In this document: one piece after another, positions 35,993 to 48,017 of the stretch | Layout: every line of letters begins with the position of its first letter | How positions within the stretch are numbered: position 1 is the first letter of the stretch | NCBI GenBank assembly: GCA_905178155.1 | Contig: CAJINV010000001.1 | Span: 6,481,860-6,545,859 of the forward strand | Length of the DNA stretch: 64,000 nucleotides | Direction of reading: 5' to 3' | Origin: Amoebophrya sp. A120 | Taxonomy: Eukaryota > Protista > Dinoflagellata | Made by a program: the position numbers and the translations under genes | Notes under the pieces: model-generated | Database searches by the model: none | The model's input: the letters and a program-made list of their open reading frames with translations, nothing else | Told to the model about the DNA's origin: nothing

Positions 35993-37176
35993 AATGTAAT
36001 TTTGCGATATTCCATTGCGGGTGATACAACATATGAACTTCATCAATTTTTCGCAAATGAGTCCACTCATGATTCGCATCACCCGGCCGCAAATAATCTG
36101 CTGTAAGCGTATTGCACTCTGCTACATGCACAGAAATAATAAAGCGCTAACGCACTAGAATGACGTCATGACTATCGTCTCATCTCTGTTTCAGGTCTGC
36201 GAATCCCAAGGGATGTGTCCCCTGCTTGCCTGGAAGCGGGAGGTCGAGCCGCAAGAGTAGTGGAGACGGTGCCGCCGCAAGAATGTAAGTAAGAAGTTTT
36301 CACCTCCGGCGCAATGAAGGCGACCAAGTAGAAGTAAGCAGTAGTCACCCTCCACTCTTCGTCTTCACCGCAGCCAAGGCGAAGTTTCTCCGTCACCATG
36401 TTCGTGGTGTGGCTGGCGTGTGGTCTCACTTATCACCTACAAGCAACATCACCTGATGCTAATAATTCCAAATCCGGAATTACCGACACCACGATTCATC
36501 AATTTCCGCCTGAGAAAGATCTTCTTGCGTGTATCACCCGTAGTTCTTCATATCAAAAAACCGACAAGATAGACATAGACTTGCGGTTGAAGTCGAACAA
36601 TTTTTCATACAGCAATAAAAACGGCACAGCAATACTGGTCACAAGAGGCAGGAAGGACCGCGCATCAGACAAAGAAACTTGTTGTTCTAGTCCTTGGGCG
36701 CCGGCGGATGTTGGACAGAGAAACATACTCAAGTTACAACGCCTCAAGCGTAGTGAAGACGTGATGCGGCCTGGCCGTGTCACTCGATAGAGCAGCTGGC
36801 TCCTCCCACGTCCTACGAGGAGAGACGCGCGATTCATTTTTCGTGTCATTGATTGAGAGAAGGTGTTATTCTCGGGAGCGACTAATGTAATTTTTCACCA
36901 CGAGGAAAGACAACGCCGGGCGGTTACATTTTTTCCAGGCAGACGAGGAGGCTGCTTTTTTCAGCAGCGTCGCGGGGACGGGTGTCCCCATACCCTGGGT
37001 TCTCGGGGGTAGAGTGCGTCTCCTGTTTGAGCGTAAGTGAGGGCTTCGTAACGCTCTCCCGTGCTTTCAGGGGCCGGCTCCTCGCTGTTCTCGTTTTCGT
37101 TGGTTTATTTCGTAGATACAGCAGGGCCTGCTGTTGTGCCGAGGTCTAAAGGTTCGTTGGTTGCGGCAAAATAAAC

Positions 37177-40147
37177 ATGCCGACGCTCCCGACCTTCAAC
37201 TTGCCTCAGCTGCCGAATAAGCTGTTTGGCGTGCGCATCGACACCCTGCTTGCCTACGAGACGCCAAAGATAGTTTTACTCCGCAACCCGCAACTGGGCG
37301 CTTGCTATTTCTTCCTCGCCGTTGCCGCTTTTTGCTACATTGTCCTGTACCAGATCCTGTATCACAACGAGCACTTCCAGCTCTTTGACGTGGAGGGGAA
37401 AGTGCGCGCGACGCTACAGGAGCCGACGAAAAACGGCTGCAACCCAAATGACCCTGATTGTGCCGACAGTTTTGCACACTTGAAGGATTTACCGTATTGC
37501 AAGGCAAGTTCGTCCTCACCGAACGAGGATGCAAAAGAGGATGAACAAACGGGTAGCGCACCGGGGGTTCCGCCGGCGGTGCAGATGTTGTCGCGAAGAT
37601 CACGGCTATCATTCGGGCAGGCAGCCGCCGCAGCAGTGCCAGCGAAAAATATCACGCAGCAGGAGTGCATCTACCGTGACCAGCGCGAGATGGTCCCGTC
37701 GTACGCGACGGGTGATACCCTCTTCATCCCCACCTGGATCGAGTTTCGCACCGAAGAGGCCAGCTGCAAGCACACGGCTGACGCAGGGGACTGCACTAAG
37801 CTGCACACACTGACAAAGAAGCCGGAGGAGAAGTACGTGGCGGACGTCGAGGATTTTACCGTGTTAGTCGCGCACACCTACTACCGAGAAAACCCAGCGA
37901 ACCCGGCGGAGCACCTCGCGGGGAACAACGAAAGACACCAGGGGCTAGTCGAAATGTGTGTGGACGAGCGGTCCGTGAGCGCCGATCCAACCCTGGAGGC
38001 GGTCGAGGAAATCAGCAAAATGTCGAAAAAGATGCTGGAAACCATGATCGCGCCCTTCAACGTCGCGCACGAATGTCCCCCGCCGCTTGTGAAAAAGGTG
38101 AGTGTTACTTTCCCATGAATGTTTTGGTTGCACTTCAAACTACGAACCTAGCGAGTAGAAGTTTGAGCAAATGTCACAACCTTCTACCTCTGTCTTCATA
38201 TTCCTAGTATCCCGACTAAAAACACTGCAGCGCGTCCCCCTCCCCTGCATTCGTCCCGGTGCCTGTCGGTTCCGCGACGCCTACGCGGGCCAGTATGAAG
38301 AGCACTCCGCGATTGGAGACAACAAGCCGCGGGAAGTCGTCACGCAAGTTCCCACACCGGAAAAATCGATTTACAAATCCAGTGCCGAATTTTTGCAACT
38401 TTTGAGACAGCGGGTACGACGATGGGTAAGTTTCATCCAGCACGGTGTGGATTTCAGTGATCCCTGGACACGCAGGTACATGGAGGTGCTGCAGCAAGAG
38501 CACGAGGAAAGGGTGATACGACAGAAGGCGGAGACTGCGGAAAAAGATGTCGCCGTGAGCTTTCTGCAAATCGAATCTTCTGGAGGAGGTTCTGAGCCAC
38601 GTACCAAAAATGCTGCGGCTTTGCAACTACATAATTCCGATCATCAGGGTGAAACACAAAGCAAAGAACCGCAAAGCCAAGGGCTCGGATCTGCAGCATC
38701 GGCATTTCAGCGTGCGCGTCGCAGGCATTTTTTGAGCCATGTATTGGGGAAAGCAAAAACCGTACAAGCGAAGCTTGCAGCGCCGCGACAAAAAAGCACA
38801 AGAAACGCAAAGACAAAGAGGGTCAGGGGGATGGTTAAGCAGCACGAAGACCACGAAACACGCGACCACCTCCACCAGGGCGAGACATTCACAAAGGCGG
38901 TAGCTTCTTCGGTTGAGTCACCCGTCGAGAACAGCAAGGTAAGTGGAGTCATAACTCCCACGACGACTTCTACAGAGAAACAGAGAGCAGCAAGGAAGCA
39001 GAAGAGAATGCGTGGTCACCGCCACGGTCGTCGGGTTCGAAGATGGATCCTTCCTGCAGTCCGAGGGCGACATAAAGGCATAAGTCCGGCGACTACATCC
39101 CCGGCGAGTAGCAGGAAAAGGAAATGGGAAGGCAGTAAAGACAACAAGAAAAACAAACAGCCGAACATTTTTGATCCGGAAAATAAGGGAGTTGCGTCGA
39201 CACACACGTCGGCGCTGGCACCTTTTGGTCAGACGGTCTCTCCTCTTCAAAGTGCTACGCCGCAGACGCCAGCAGCCAAACACAACAAAAGTAAAGCGTC
39301 TCAAGGAAAAATAACGCATCAAGCAACCGCAGAGCGCCACAGAAGTGTCCGACCGCCTTCAAAGAAGAACCCGAACTACGTCGAAATCAACTTGCAAAAC
39401 TACGACAAGGCGGCTGTCCTCGGTGCTGCCACAAAACAAGACCCCACGTCCTCCACAATCTCCACACCTATGGTATCTGAACCAAAAACAAAAAGTCCAA
39501 ATTCACTTGATGCAGATGATGAGAAATCGTTGAAGCCAAAGCGGGATATGTACGCTTTGAAGAACGGGGACGTGTTCAGTGTGAGCAGACTTCTCGCAAT
39601 CGCCGGCGTGCAGCTCGACCGCCAGAAAAACGCGGATGACGAGGTGAAGCGACGAGCGGGGACCTTACTCGAAGTCGTTGTCGAGTACAGGAATCTGTAC
39701 CCGTTCTACTCCACCTTTCACCCAAAGCCAGAAGATAGCGCCATCGAGTACTGCTACAGAATAGTAGAACGGCCGGTGTCCGAATTTAAGGCGGAGATCT
39801 ACTCCGAGAAGCAACCGGACGACTTTCCGAAAACTAGGCTGATCGAGAACCAGCACGGCATCTACTTGGTGTTCCGCGTCGGGGGGTCGTTTGGCTTTCT
39901 CAACTTCATCTACGTTCTAGTGATGCTGACGACTTCGTTTCTGCTGCTCGCAGGGGCGCGCGCGGCGTTGGATATACTCGCGATCTATTTTCTGCCGGAG
40001 AGAGAAATGTACAAAGCGGCAAAGTACGAGACAGCGGAAGTTCCGTCATTGCACAAGTACCAGGAAAGAGACGGTGAGGCAGCTGCAGGTGTAGCAGGAG
40101 CTGTGCAGGAAGGTGGTGGGAGTGCTGTTGGCACAAGAGGAAGATGA
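37177..40147 (+). CDS. P2X receptor-like ATP-gated ion channel (~945 aa) with a very large ectodomain insertion; exons 37177-38097, 38231-40147
   Basis: N-terminal YETPK (YxTxK motif), TM1, DVEDFTVLV, NGDVFSVSRLL..AG, HGIYLVFRVGGSFG, TM2 with conserved Asp (ALDILAIY), C-terminal YKAAK (YxxxK). GT-AG intron 38098-38230. Confidence 0.88.
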
Positions 40148-41244
40148 CGCGAAGATAGCATACAAAAAAATCAAGACACAAAGCCTTTGCGGGCAGAAGA
40201 TCAAAGCCAGAGGAAGCACCACCGAGCAACCCGGAGGAAATACGTCCCTGACGTGCGAACAAAACCTGATGAAGACTGATGGGTCCTCGTAGTCCGGCAC
40301 CGAAGAAGTGGGGAAGATCGGAGTAAATGGAAATACCTCCCGCCACCTGTCGATTGCTGTGCTAATCAAGCGAAGTTTCGTTGACAGCGATAACAAAAGG
40401 TTGACGTAGAGGTGACGAATGAACGATGAATGTCGTAGCGACTCACTTGTTCAGTTTTTTTTTTTCCGCAACGATGCAGCCACTTCTTTTTTCACGACTA
40501 AAAAAACGCCTCCCAAATAAAAAGTCACAGCTTACGAAGAAAAATCAGCTAGATCATTTCTAGCGACATGGCAGCATTCTCTAAAACCGCACGACTATGT
40601 GTGTTCAAGTTCTGTAATACGATGGAGGGCTTCGTCTGAGAGCTCGCAGTCGGTCGCGCGAAGGAGGATGCCAGTCACCTCCTTGCGCTACTTTTTTGAA
40701 GTTGTGCTCTCACGTTTTTATTCTCACGAGTGTCCTCTTCCTGTTCCGGTTTAGCCCGAAGCCGAAACAAATTTGGCCCGAGAAGATAAAACTTTTGCTC
40801 TGAGCGATAGATGGGAAAAGAAGGGACAAAAACAGGACCTGAGTGACAGGGTCAGTCTGCTGGGCTTACTTCTCTGAGTACTACTTTCTCTTTCCCGGCA
40901 TTGTTGCTCTTTTTCATTCCAGATCATATCTCTGAAATTCGTTTACAGGTCCAGACAAGTATCTATGCTGGTCGTTTTGATGCCATACAGGAACGATCTA
41001 CATTGGTTCGTATTGTTCGAAGTCGTGTATGATATTCCACTTTTAGACACTTACTTTAGTTTTATTCCTAGTGGAAGTTAGTAGCTGCAAAGAAATGCGC
41101 AGCGTACAGGGCTTTTCAAGAAGCGTCAGCTTCATTCTTTTATAACCCTGAGTAGTATCCGTTTACGTTGACCATTACACACCCTATCCTTACCCGTCCC
41201 GCAGAAGCCCCGCTTCGTTTGAGTTTTCCTTCAATTGTTTCAAA

Positions 41245-44200
41245 ATGCAGGACTTTCGCGAGTTCAAAGACGTGAAGGATTTCCTGAAAGGAGACAAGTC
41301 ACTGATCCCGGACGACGTGACGACCGTGCTGCTCGGCGAGTGTACGCACGGGACGCAGGAATTCTACGAGCTGCGAGCGGAAATCACCAAGTATCTGATT
41401 GAGTTCCGGAAGTTCACCTGTGTGCTATGCGAGTCGGACTGGACGTTTATGTGGCACGTGAACGGGTATGTGCACCGAAAAAAGGCCAATATGTACCCGG
41501 ACAAGATGCGGTTTCCCGACTGGATGTGGAAAAACGCGCCCTTTCACGACCTGGTAGAGTGGATGCGGCAGCGGGCCAGCAGCGACGGGCCGCATCTGTT
41601 TGGGTTGGACTGCTACTGCCGAGAGGAGAGCAAAGACGAGTGCGTAAAATTTTTCGACTTCCACGACCGGGACGGGCTGGGAAAGGATTTCCGCAAAACG
41701 TTGTATCCCCGAGAGAGGCCGGAGCTGTGGCCAGAGATTCTGTCAAAACTGCAGTGGGAAATTACAGAAGACGACAAGAAGAACAAGATTTTGCAGTCCA
41801 GCCTGTCTAGGAAAGGAAGCAAAAGTAGTATCCTTGTTTTGATGCTGAGGTCGCGAACGCGATCGCGTTTGCGAAACTTTCGTCTGCAGCGATTTAGATT
41901 TTTTCAGATTCTTGTTTGTTCCATAGCAAGGACGCTCATCAGTTGTGTGTGTGTCTGTGTGCTGCTAAGAATAAGTACTTTTCAAACGTCATACTTAAAC
42001 ACTTTCAGTGTTCGGTGAGCGCACCACGGCAGATGGGTCACGTGGCGGCGTTCTGCTTTCCAGCTCAAAATTCCGCGGGTGTTCGAAACTCGATCAGTTC
42101 AATGCCGAGCAAAATCTCGAGTGCATGATTGCCGCCGACGAATACTACTCGAAGCAGCGACTGGAGCCGCCCGGCAGCCGGGCAAGCTGGAACGCACGAG
42201 ATCAGCACATGATGACCACGATTATGCGACTAAAGGCGAATAGCAAGGAGCTCTTTGGCATTGAAGAGAAGGACCTGAAGATCATCATCTGGGCGCATAA
42301 TTCGCACGTGGGCGATGCGACGGCCACGCCGATGGGCGGCGAGGACTTTCTCAGAAACGAAAAGTGGAACTTAGGGCAGATGTGCAGGAGCACCTTGGAT
42401 AAGGTGTTCATTACCGGGTTCTACTCACACCACGGCACCGTTCGCGCGGCTGAGCGCTGGGGCGGGAAGGGCCAGGTGATGCAGTTGCAGAACGCCCTGC
42501 CGGCCAGTCTCGAAGCCTGCCTGCATAGCCGCTTCCCGAACAAAAGCGCGTGCTTCGCAGTGGGGAAGTACTTCACGAAGAAAGCGGACCACGCAAATAA
42601 AGCGAAAAAGGACACCGGCAAGAAGGGCTTGCTTGGCGGCCTGTTCGGACGCTCGCGGACCAGCAGGTCGCTCGGAGACTTGGAGGAAGACAATGCCGAA
42701 GAACTTCTACAGGGTGCGGATTATGCGCCAGGAGAGCTGCAGGTCCCGTATCGGTGCCTACACACGGAAGTGTACGCCACGCCGGACGTAAATCCACCGA
42801 TGCGAGGCGAGGACAGCAGCGCCGGCACGAAAAGAAGAAAACTTGACCCAAGCGTGCCATTCGTCGGCGTGCAAAGGTATTTCTATTTTTTAAGCAGCGG
42901 GCGTTGTGCTCATAAACTCTAACTCTCATTGGCGATTGTTGCTTTTGATTTTTTCACTCACTTCGGGTTCGGATTGAAATTGATAAACTCGAATCTTCTT
43001 TGAATTTGAAAGCCCTCCGCGGACGCGTAATAAATTCAATCAAAGCTTTATTTCTCTTCAGGCAAACCGTTGAGCAGCGCACCCTCGCGCAAGTCCGGTT
43101 ACAGATCGAAAACTACAAGACGGACCCGACTTTGAACGGCTGGTGGGTCACCGAGGCCTACGATTCCTCGGTAACCGGTGTGAAGAACCAGGTGCAGTGC
43201 CTGCCGGTTTCCACACTCGAGAAATTGGAGGGGAAGAGTGTAGACGTACAGTCCGCGATGCTGCTCGCCAACCACCCGATTTTGCAGCGGTGGGTGGGCG
43301 TGCAGTACCACCCCGAGACCGAGTACCAGTCCCACTACGGGGAGATGCGCGTCGGCAAGTGCTACGACCTGATCGTGTTTTGCGACAAGAGCCAAGCGCT
43401 GTCGATCGACATCAGCGCACGGCCCAAGGTCGCGGATCAGCTGGTCGTGGAGGAGATGCAACAGGAGACTTCTAAAACGTCTGGTGGACGAGAAGTACAA
43501 CAAGTACCGCAGCCCCAGCAGACACAAGAAGGCAAGATGGAAAAAGCAACTTCCGCCCTCAGCAACAGCTCGACCTCGACCGCCGCATCCTCGTCCTCCT
43601 CTAGCACAAAAAATAACGCGAACCAGAACCCGGAGCTGGCGAAAATTCAAACGAAGGTCGCGGGTGCAGCCGGGGAAGTGTCTAAAAACGTCGCCGCCCA
43701 GCCTGTCAACAAGCGGCTGCTGACGGAATTCCGGCGCATCCTGAGGACCCCGATCGAGTTCATCGAGGCAAGGCCCCTGGAGACAAATCTGCTCGAGTGG
43801 CATTTCGTCATAACCGGGACGCAGGACCCGTACGTTGGCGGGAAATACCACGGAATTTTGGAGTTTCCGGACGATTTCCCGATGAAGCCCCCGTCGATCA
43901 AGATGCTGACGCCCAGTGGCCGGTTTGAAATCAACAAGCGCATCTGCCTCTCCATGTCTGACTTCCACAAGGAAAGCTGGAACCCGGCGTGGACGATCGA
44001 GAAAATTCTGATCGGCCTGATGAGCTACATGTACGAAGAAAACAACGAGTCCGTCGGATCTTTATTAGAGTCGAAGGAGGACCGGCGGAAGTACGCGCAA
44101 GCGTCCAGCTACTTCAACGCGCAAAATGAGATTTACGTGGAACTATTTCACTCCGTGGAGGAGGAAGAGCAGCAACAGGCGGTCGCGGATTTGAAGAAGC

Positions 44201-45345
44201 GGTGGCGGTGCGGCTCGGACGAGAAGGACCACGATGAGCCGGAAAAGGTGTGCCGGTACTGCCTGGTGGACACGGGCGAACTGGTAAACCCCTGCTCCTG
44301 TCGCGGCAGCTCCCAGTGGGTCCACAAGCAGTGCCTGCGGCAGTGGCAGCGGTCGGTCCTGGTCACGCAGAGCACGCACCCTCGGTACCAGACCCGGATC
44401 GACGAAATCTGCAACATCTGCGACAAGCCGTTCAAGCCGGAGTTCAAGGCGCCGTCGCGGCGGGACACGATCTTGGAATACACGGGGGAGGACATTCCGC
44501 AGCTGATTCAGAAGGGGAACCTGCTGGTGTCCAGCCGGCCCAAGTCCGAGAAGAACTGGGAGATCATTTCGAAGCACAAGGACATCGCGGACAAGCTGCT
44601 GCATTTCACGGAGTCCGTTTACTTCATCAGCCTCTGCGAGCCCTACAACCCGAACAAGCGCGGCGGCGGCGCGCTACTCGCGGTGAACACGGCGAACAAC
44701 CGCATCGTTAAGGAACCCCCAGATTCCGTCAGTCGTGCGCTGCCCGGCGACCGGTACGAGTTCTTCGTGTCGCCGAAGCGGACCTGGAACGAATCCTTTG
44801 CGGCGCTTGTGAAAACAATGCAGGACGCCGGGGTGTTGCAAGCAGGGAAAAATGGCGTCGAACACCGGATCGGCGGCCCCGTGGAGCCCGCCGAGGCGTT
44901 TGCGCTCGTCGATCTGCCGATGCTGAACGCGCCGGACAAGCTGTCGGGCAAGTCCGCCACTTCTTTGGAAGAGCAGAAGAAGAAGAACCGAACCATCCTG
45001 CAGCTCGCCAGCACCGACCCGGTGACGTGGCAGCAGGCCCAGAAGCTGCGGATAAAGAATTCTGTGTTCTTCGGAAATTTGGAAACCATTCTGGCGGTGA
45101 TCGCGTCGCTTTACAGCTGTGCGGAGACCGCGAACAGTGTCGCGAATATTCCGGTAAAGGTGTTCTGGGGCTACGCCAGCTGGAACGCCACACAGCTGCT
45201 CGGGGAAATAGCCAGGCGCAGCTGGGGACTGGTGGTCAGTGACAGCGACCTGTCCTTTGACAAGTACGGCAAATGCCTTGGCGAGTGGGAAGATCTCGTC
45301 GATAACTCCGTGGTTGCCAAGGAAAGCGAGTACGCCGCGTTCTGA
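41245..45345 (+). CDS. Multidomain fusion: erythromycin-esterase-like (EreA/TIKI fold) + Ubc6/UBE2J-type E2 + RING-CH (RINGv) + AlgH/DUF179-like; ~1218 aa; exons 41245-~41804, 42064-42876, 43062-45345
   Basis: Ere motifs LLGECTHG, ESDW, FPDWMWKN, GLDCY, SWNARDQHM, WAHNSHVGDA and VGVQYHPETEYQSHY. E2 motifs PMKPPSIKMLTPSGRF..NKRICLSMSDFHKESWNPAW. RING-CH CRYC..PCSCRGS..WVHKQCL..CNIC. AlgH motifs FTESVYFI, GGPV and VFWGYASW...QL.GEI.RRSW. The Ere C-terminus, E2, RING and AlgH are all in one uninterrupted ORF. Confidence 0.88.
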
Positions 45346-46505
45346 GCGAGGACCCGCGCCAGCCGATTTTCATTGTAGCGAGCTGGACAATGTTTGTTTG
45401 ACAGTCTCGCGCACTAAAGAAGCTACCCAAGATTTTGCGCGCGAGTAGGAACACTGGTTGCAGGCACCTGCTCGAGCTGAAAGTCCTCATTTAGTGTCTT
45501 TTCCCTAGCTCCTGGCACTGCTATCTACCCGCAATTTCATTTTTGCCCCTTCTGTCACATACACAACACATCTGAGTGCTTTGTGTCGCCCCACCTGCTC
45601 TGCATTTCACTGCGTCATCGTCAATTGCGGCGTCTATTATTAACAGGAAGCTGCTATAATGTGTCGTGTGACAATTGTTTTGTTTGTTCCACAATTGTGT
45701 TACTCCTGCTTCACTACGACGACCGGTTTAAAAATACTACCTCGACCGTCGCATTTGTCCCGCCCCCGCCCGCCACAACACCCACCAACTGCTACGCAGG
45801 TAGTACTTCGTTGCTGCTACAGACGCACACAGAGACTGAGGAAGAATAAGAAACCCTCCACCTTCTACTTCTAGATATTATTGACAAGGATCCCACTTGT
45901 TTTTGCAGTCTGATTGCAGCTAGAGCTACGGAAGTGAGTACACATCCGGACAAAGACGCTCACTGTCACTTGAGAACGAGATCAAATGATTGAAAAAACA
46001 TAAACAATATTGAAGATCTACCACTAGCACCCGCAGACAGAGTCAGAGGCATCTCCTTCTGCCCTGCTCCTCCGCTGCATTGCCAGGCGCTCCGCATGAG
46101 CCTACTGACTATCCACTTCACGGTGCTCTTTTCTTCACGCGATTGTTTACCGCCAGGAGATGATCATGTTCCGACACCGGCTTGAATCTCTGTATATCTG
46201 ACCTAATGCTAATCGTGCTTAAGAGCCACGACCTGGTGTGTAATTTCTTCCTCTTCGTTATGTGCAGGTTACGTTTTTCTTTTTTTTTTCCTCAGGTTGG
46301 TGTCATGATGGCAGACCCAGAAGCTACACGTCAACAATTTCTCACAAGCGTTTCGTGTAGTTGTGTCGTCCCGTGTTAAAGTAAGGATTTCACGTATCTG
46401 ATTTTCGATGTAAGGGAACGGGAAGTAGAGCTAGAGTAACGTTAAAGTTGTAGAAAAAGCAAAGCAAACAAATTTTCACTGCATGGCGAAACATCGATCT
46501 TGAAA

Positions 46506-48017
46506 ATGAATTTCACCTTTACCAAAGAGGATGACCCGGTGTGTTTCGCCGCCGAGGGGACCTGTCCCATCTGCTTCGATATGATTCAGGGAGACGCGAT
46601 CGAAACGATCTGTTGCGGGAAGCTTCTCTGTACCGGGTGTAGTGAGAAATGCGGGCAAAGGGCCACTTGCTTCAATTGCCGGGCTCCTGTGGCGACGACG
46701 GCGGGCGAATTTGAGCTGTCGGGGTTCTTTGGGTTCCAGAAGAATCATTTCGCGACGCGCATGTTGCAACAGGAAGAAGTGAAATGCACCTGGTGCGGAC
46801 ATAGGGGCACCCTGCAAAAGATGTCCTGCAGCGGGCACATCAGCGAAAAACACTACCGGTTCTGCCAGGCTCCCTGTCCGAAGATGATTCGAAAGTGTCC
46901 CCACGCCGGTTGCGAGTATGAGGGTGAGCTTTCGGCACTGAAACAGCACCTCGCCTGCGACTGCGAGAAAGGCTACCGAATGCTGGACCAGGAGGCGCTG
47001 GACATGTGCGGCGGAATCGAGGGCTTGGAGCGGCAAGTGAAACAGATACACACGCTGCTGGTCACCTTAAAGCCCCCGGTTCCGCCGGATGCCTTCGCCC
47101 TCACGTTGAGTCACTACGACACGAAAATCACGTCGAGCACGTTTGCCCGGATGTTTCAGGGCCGGAATTTCTTCAAAAAGCCGGCGACGAACTACTTTGT
47201 AGAGCTCGACGAGCAACATACCAGTAGTTCAGCGCAGAGCTGTTTCGTGCCTTCGTGTAAAGAGCTGGTCGACCTCAATCGCCTGCTCGATCCCGTCTTC
47301 ATGTATGCTCCCCTCGGCGACGATCGACCCGACGGTCCCCGGTTGCCGAAACTTTTGCGACAAGGGTACGAGCAGGTCGTGCGGTTGTTTGTGGTGGACG
47401 ACTACAATTGTGACATTCCCCTGCATATGCATTGCAAATATGTCTGGGTCTGGAGAAGTGCAACTTGTCATGCGAAGTCTCGATCGCAAAAAAATTTGTG
47501 TTGCATGAACGCCAAAAGTTGCCCACTTGTTTCTAAGCAAAAGGCGAATTTCTCATGCGGAGCAGGCATCAAGAAAGTCGCGCAAAATTTGTGATGCTTC
47601 TGTGTGCATTCCAGACCATCTGCCTGGTCCGTGAGATGCATGACAAATCTTGCATTCTTCCAGACCCAGACACATTTGCAATGCATACTGCACGAGGAGG
47701 CATTCTTTCAGCCGACCGAGAAGCGGCCATCCCCGGAGACTGCCCAGTTGCTCTACAAGCCCGGGGAGCCGGGACCCTCGCAAGCCATCGCGGATCTTCT
47801 CGGACACGGTCGCAAACGGAAGCAATCCGGAGAAATGGGTCTCACGCTGGCAATCGCGGCCTGGCACGAGGTGTTTGCGCCACAACCAGTTGCGTCGCTG
47901 GCACTGGCGGATGATGACACGGATGAGAAACGTAGTCGGCTCCGGGCACGTAGCTGTCGAAGGTCCCGGCAGCGAAGAAGCCGGACGCCTCCGGTCAGAA
48001 ACAGAGGCGCCGACTGA
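46506..48017 (+). CDS. RING + TRAF/SINA-type zinc-finger protein (putative E3 ligase); 5' end uncertain, with a possible upstream exon near 46305; interrupted by an introner
   Basis: CPIC..CCGKLLCTGC..CFNCR RING-like motif and KCPHAGCEY....LKQHL.CDC TRAF-like fingers. The frame continues PLH|EEAFFQ after 47426-47692 is removed. Confidence 0.75.
47426..47687. mobile_element. Introner-type non-canonical intron, TATGC family
   Basis: About 50-bp inverted repeat (tatgcattgcaaatatgtctgggtctgga...), perfect TSD CTGCA. Removal of 267 nt is in frame. No GT/GC-AG register exists across the repeat. Confidence 0.9.

Noticed and set aside
41801-42063. Intron 1 of the fusion gene as a GA-AG or introner-type intron
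   Set aside because: A frame-compatible GT donor exists at 41805 and there are no TAT..ATA ends. The exact donor cannot be decided from sequence.
41245-43420. Erythromycin esterase read as an antibiotic-resistance gene or bacterial contamination
   Set aside because: The gene has spliceosomal introns and is fused to eukaryotic E2/RING domains. The fold does not imply macrolide specificity.
43099-45193. Long minus-strand ORFs opposite the E2/RING gene (also opposite GMC, AKR, EEP and others)
   Set aside because: They are antisense shadows of strong GC3 codon bias, with no motifs, and they fully overlap well-supported + strand domains.
13319-46415. Identical 17-mer tgattttcgatgtaagg at 13319-13335 and 46399-46415, each about 90-105 nt before an ATG
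   Set aside because: There are only two copies, and one AT-rich 17-mer match in 64 kb is not clearly above chance. The second gene's start is also uncertain.
15770-48017. F-box-like array, E2-E3 fusion and RING/TRAF gene as one ubiquitin operon
   Set aside because: Unrelated genes intervene and ubiquitin-system genes are abundant in eukaryotes. Nothing in the sequence links them functionally.
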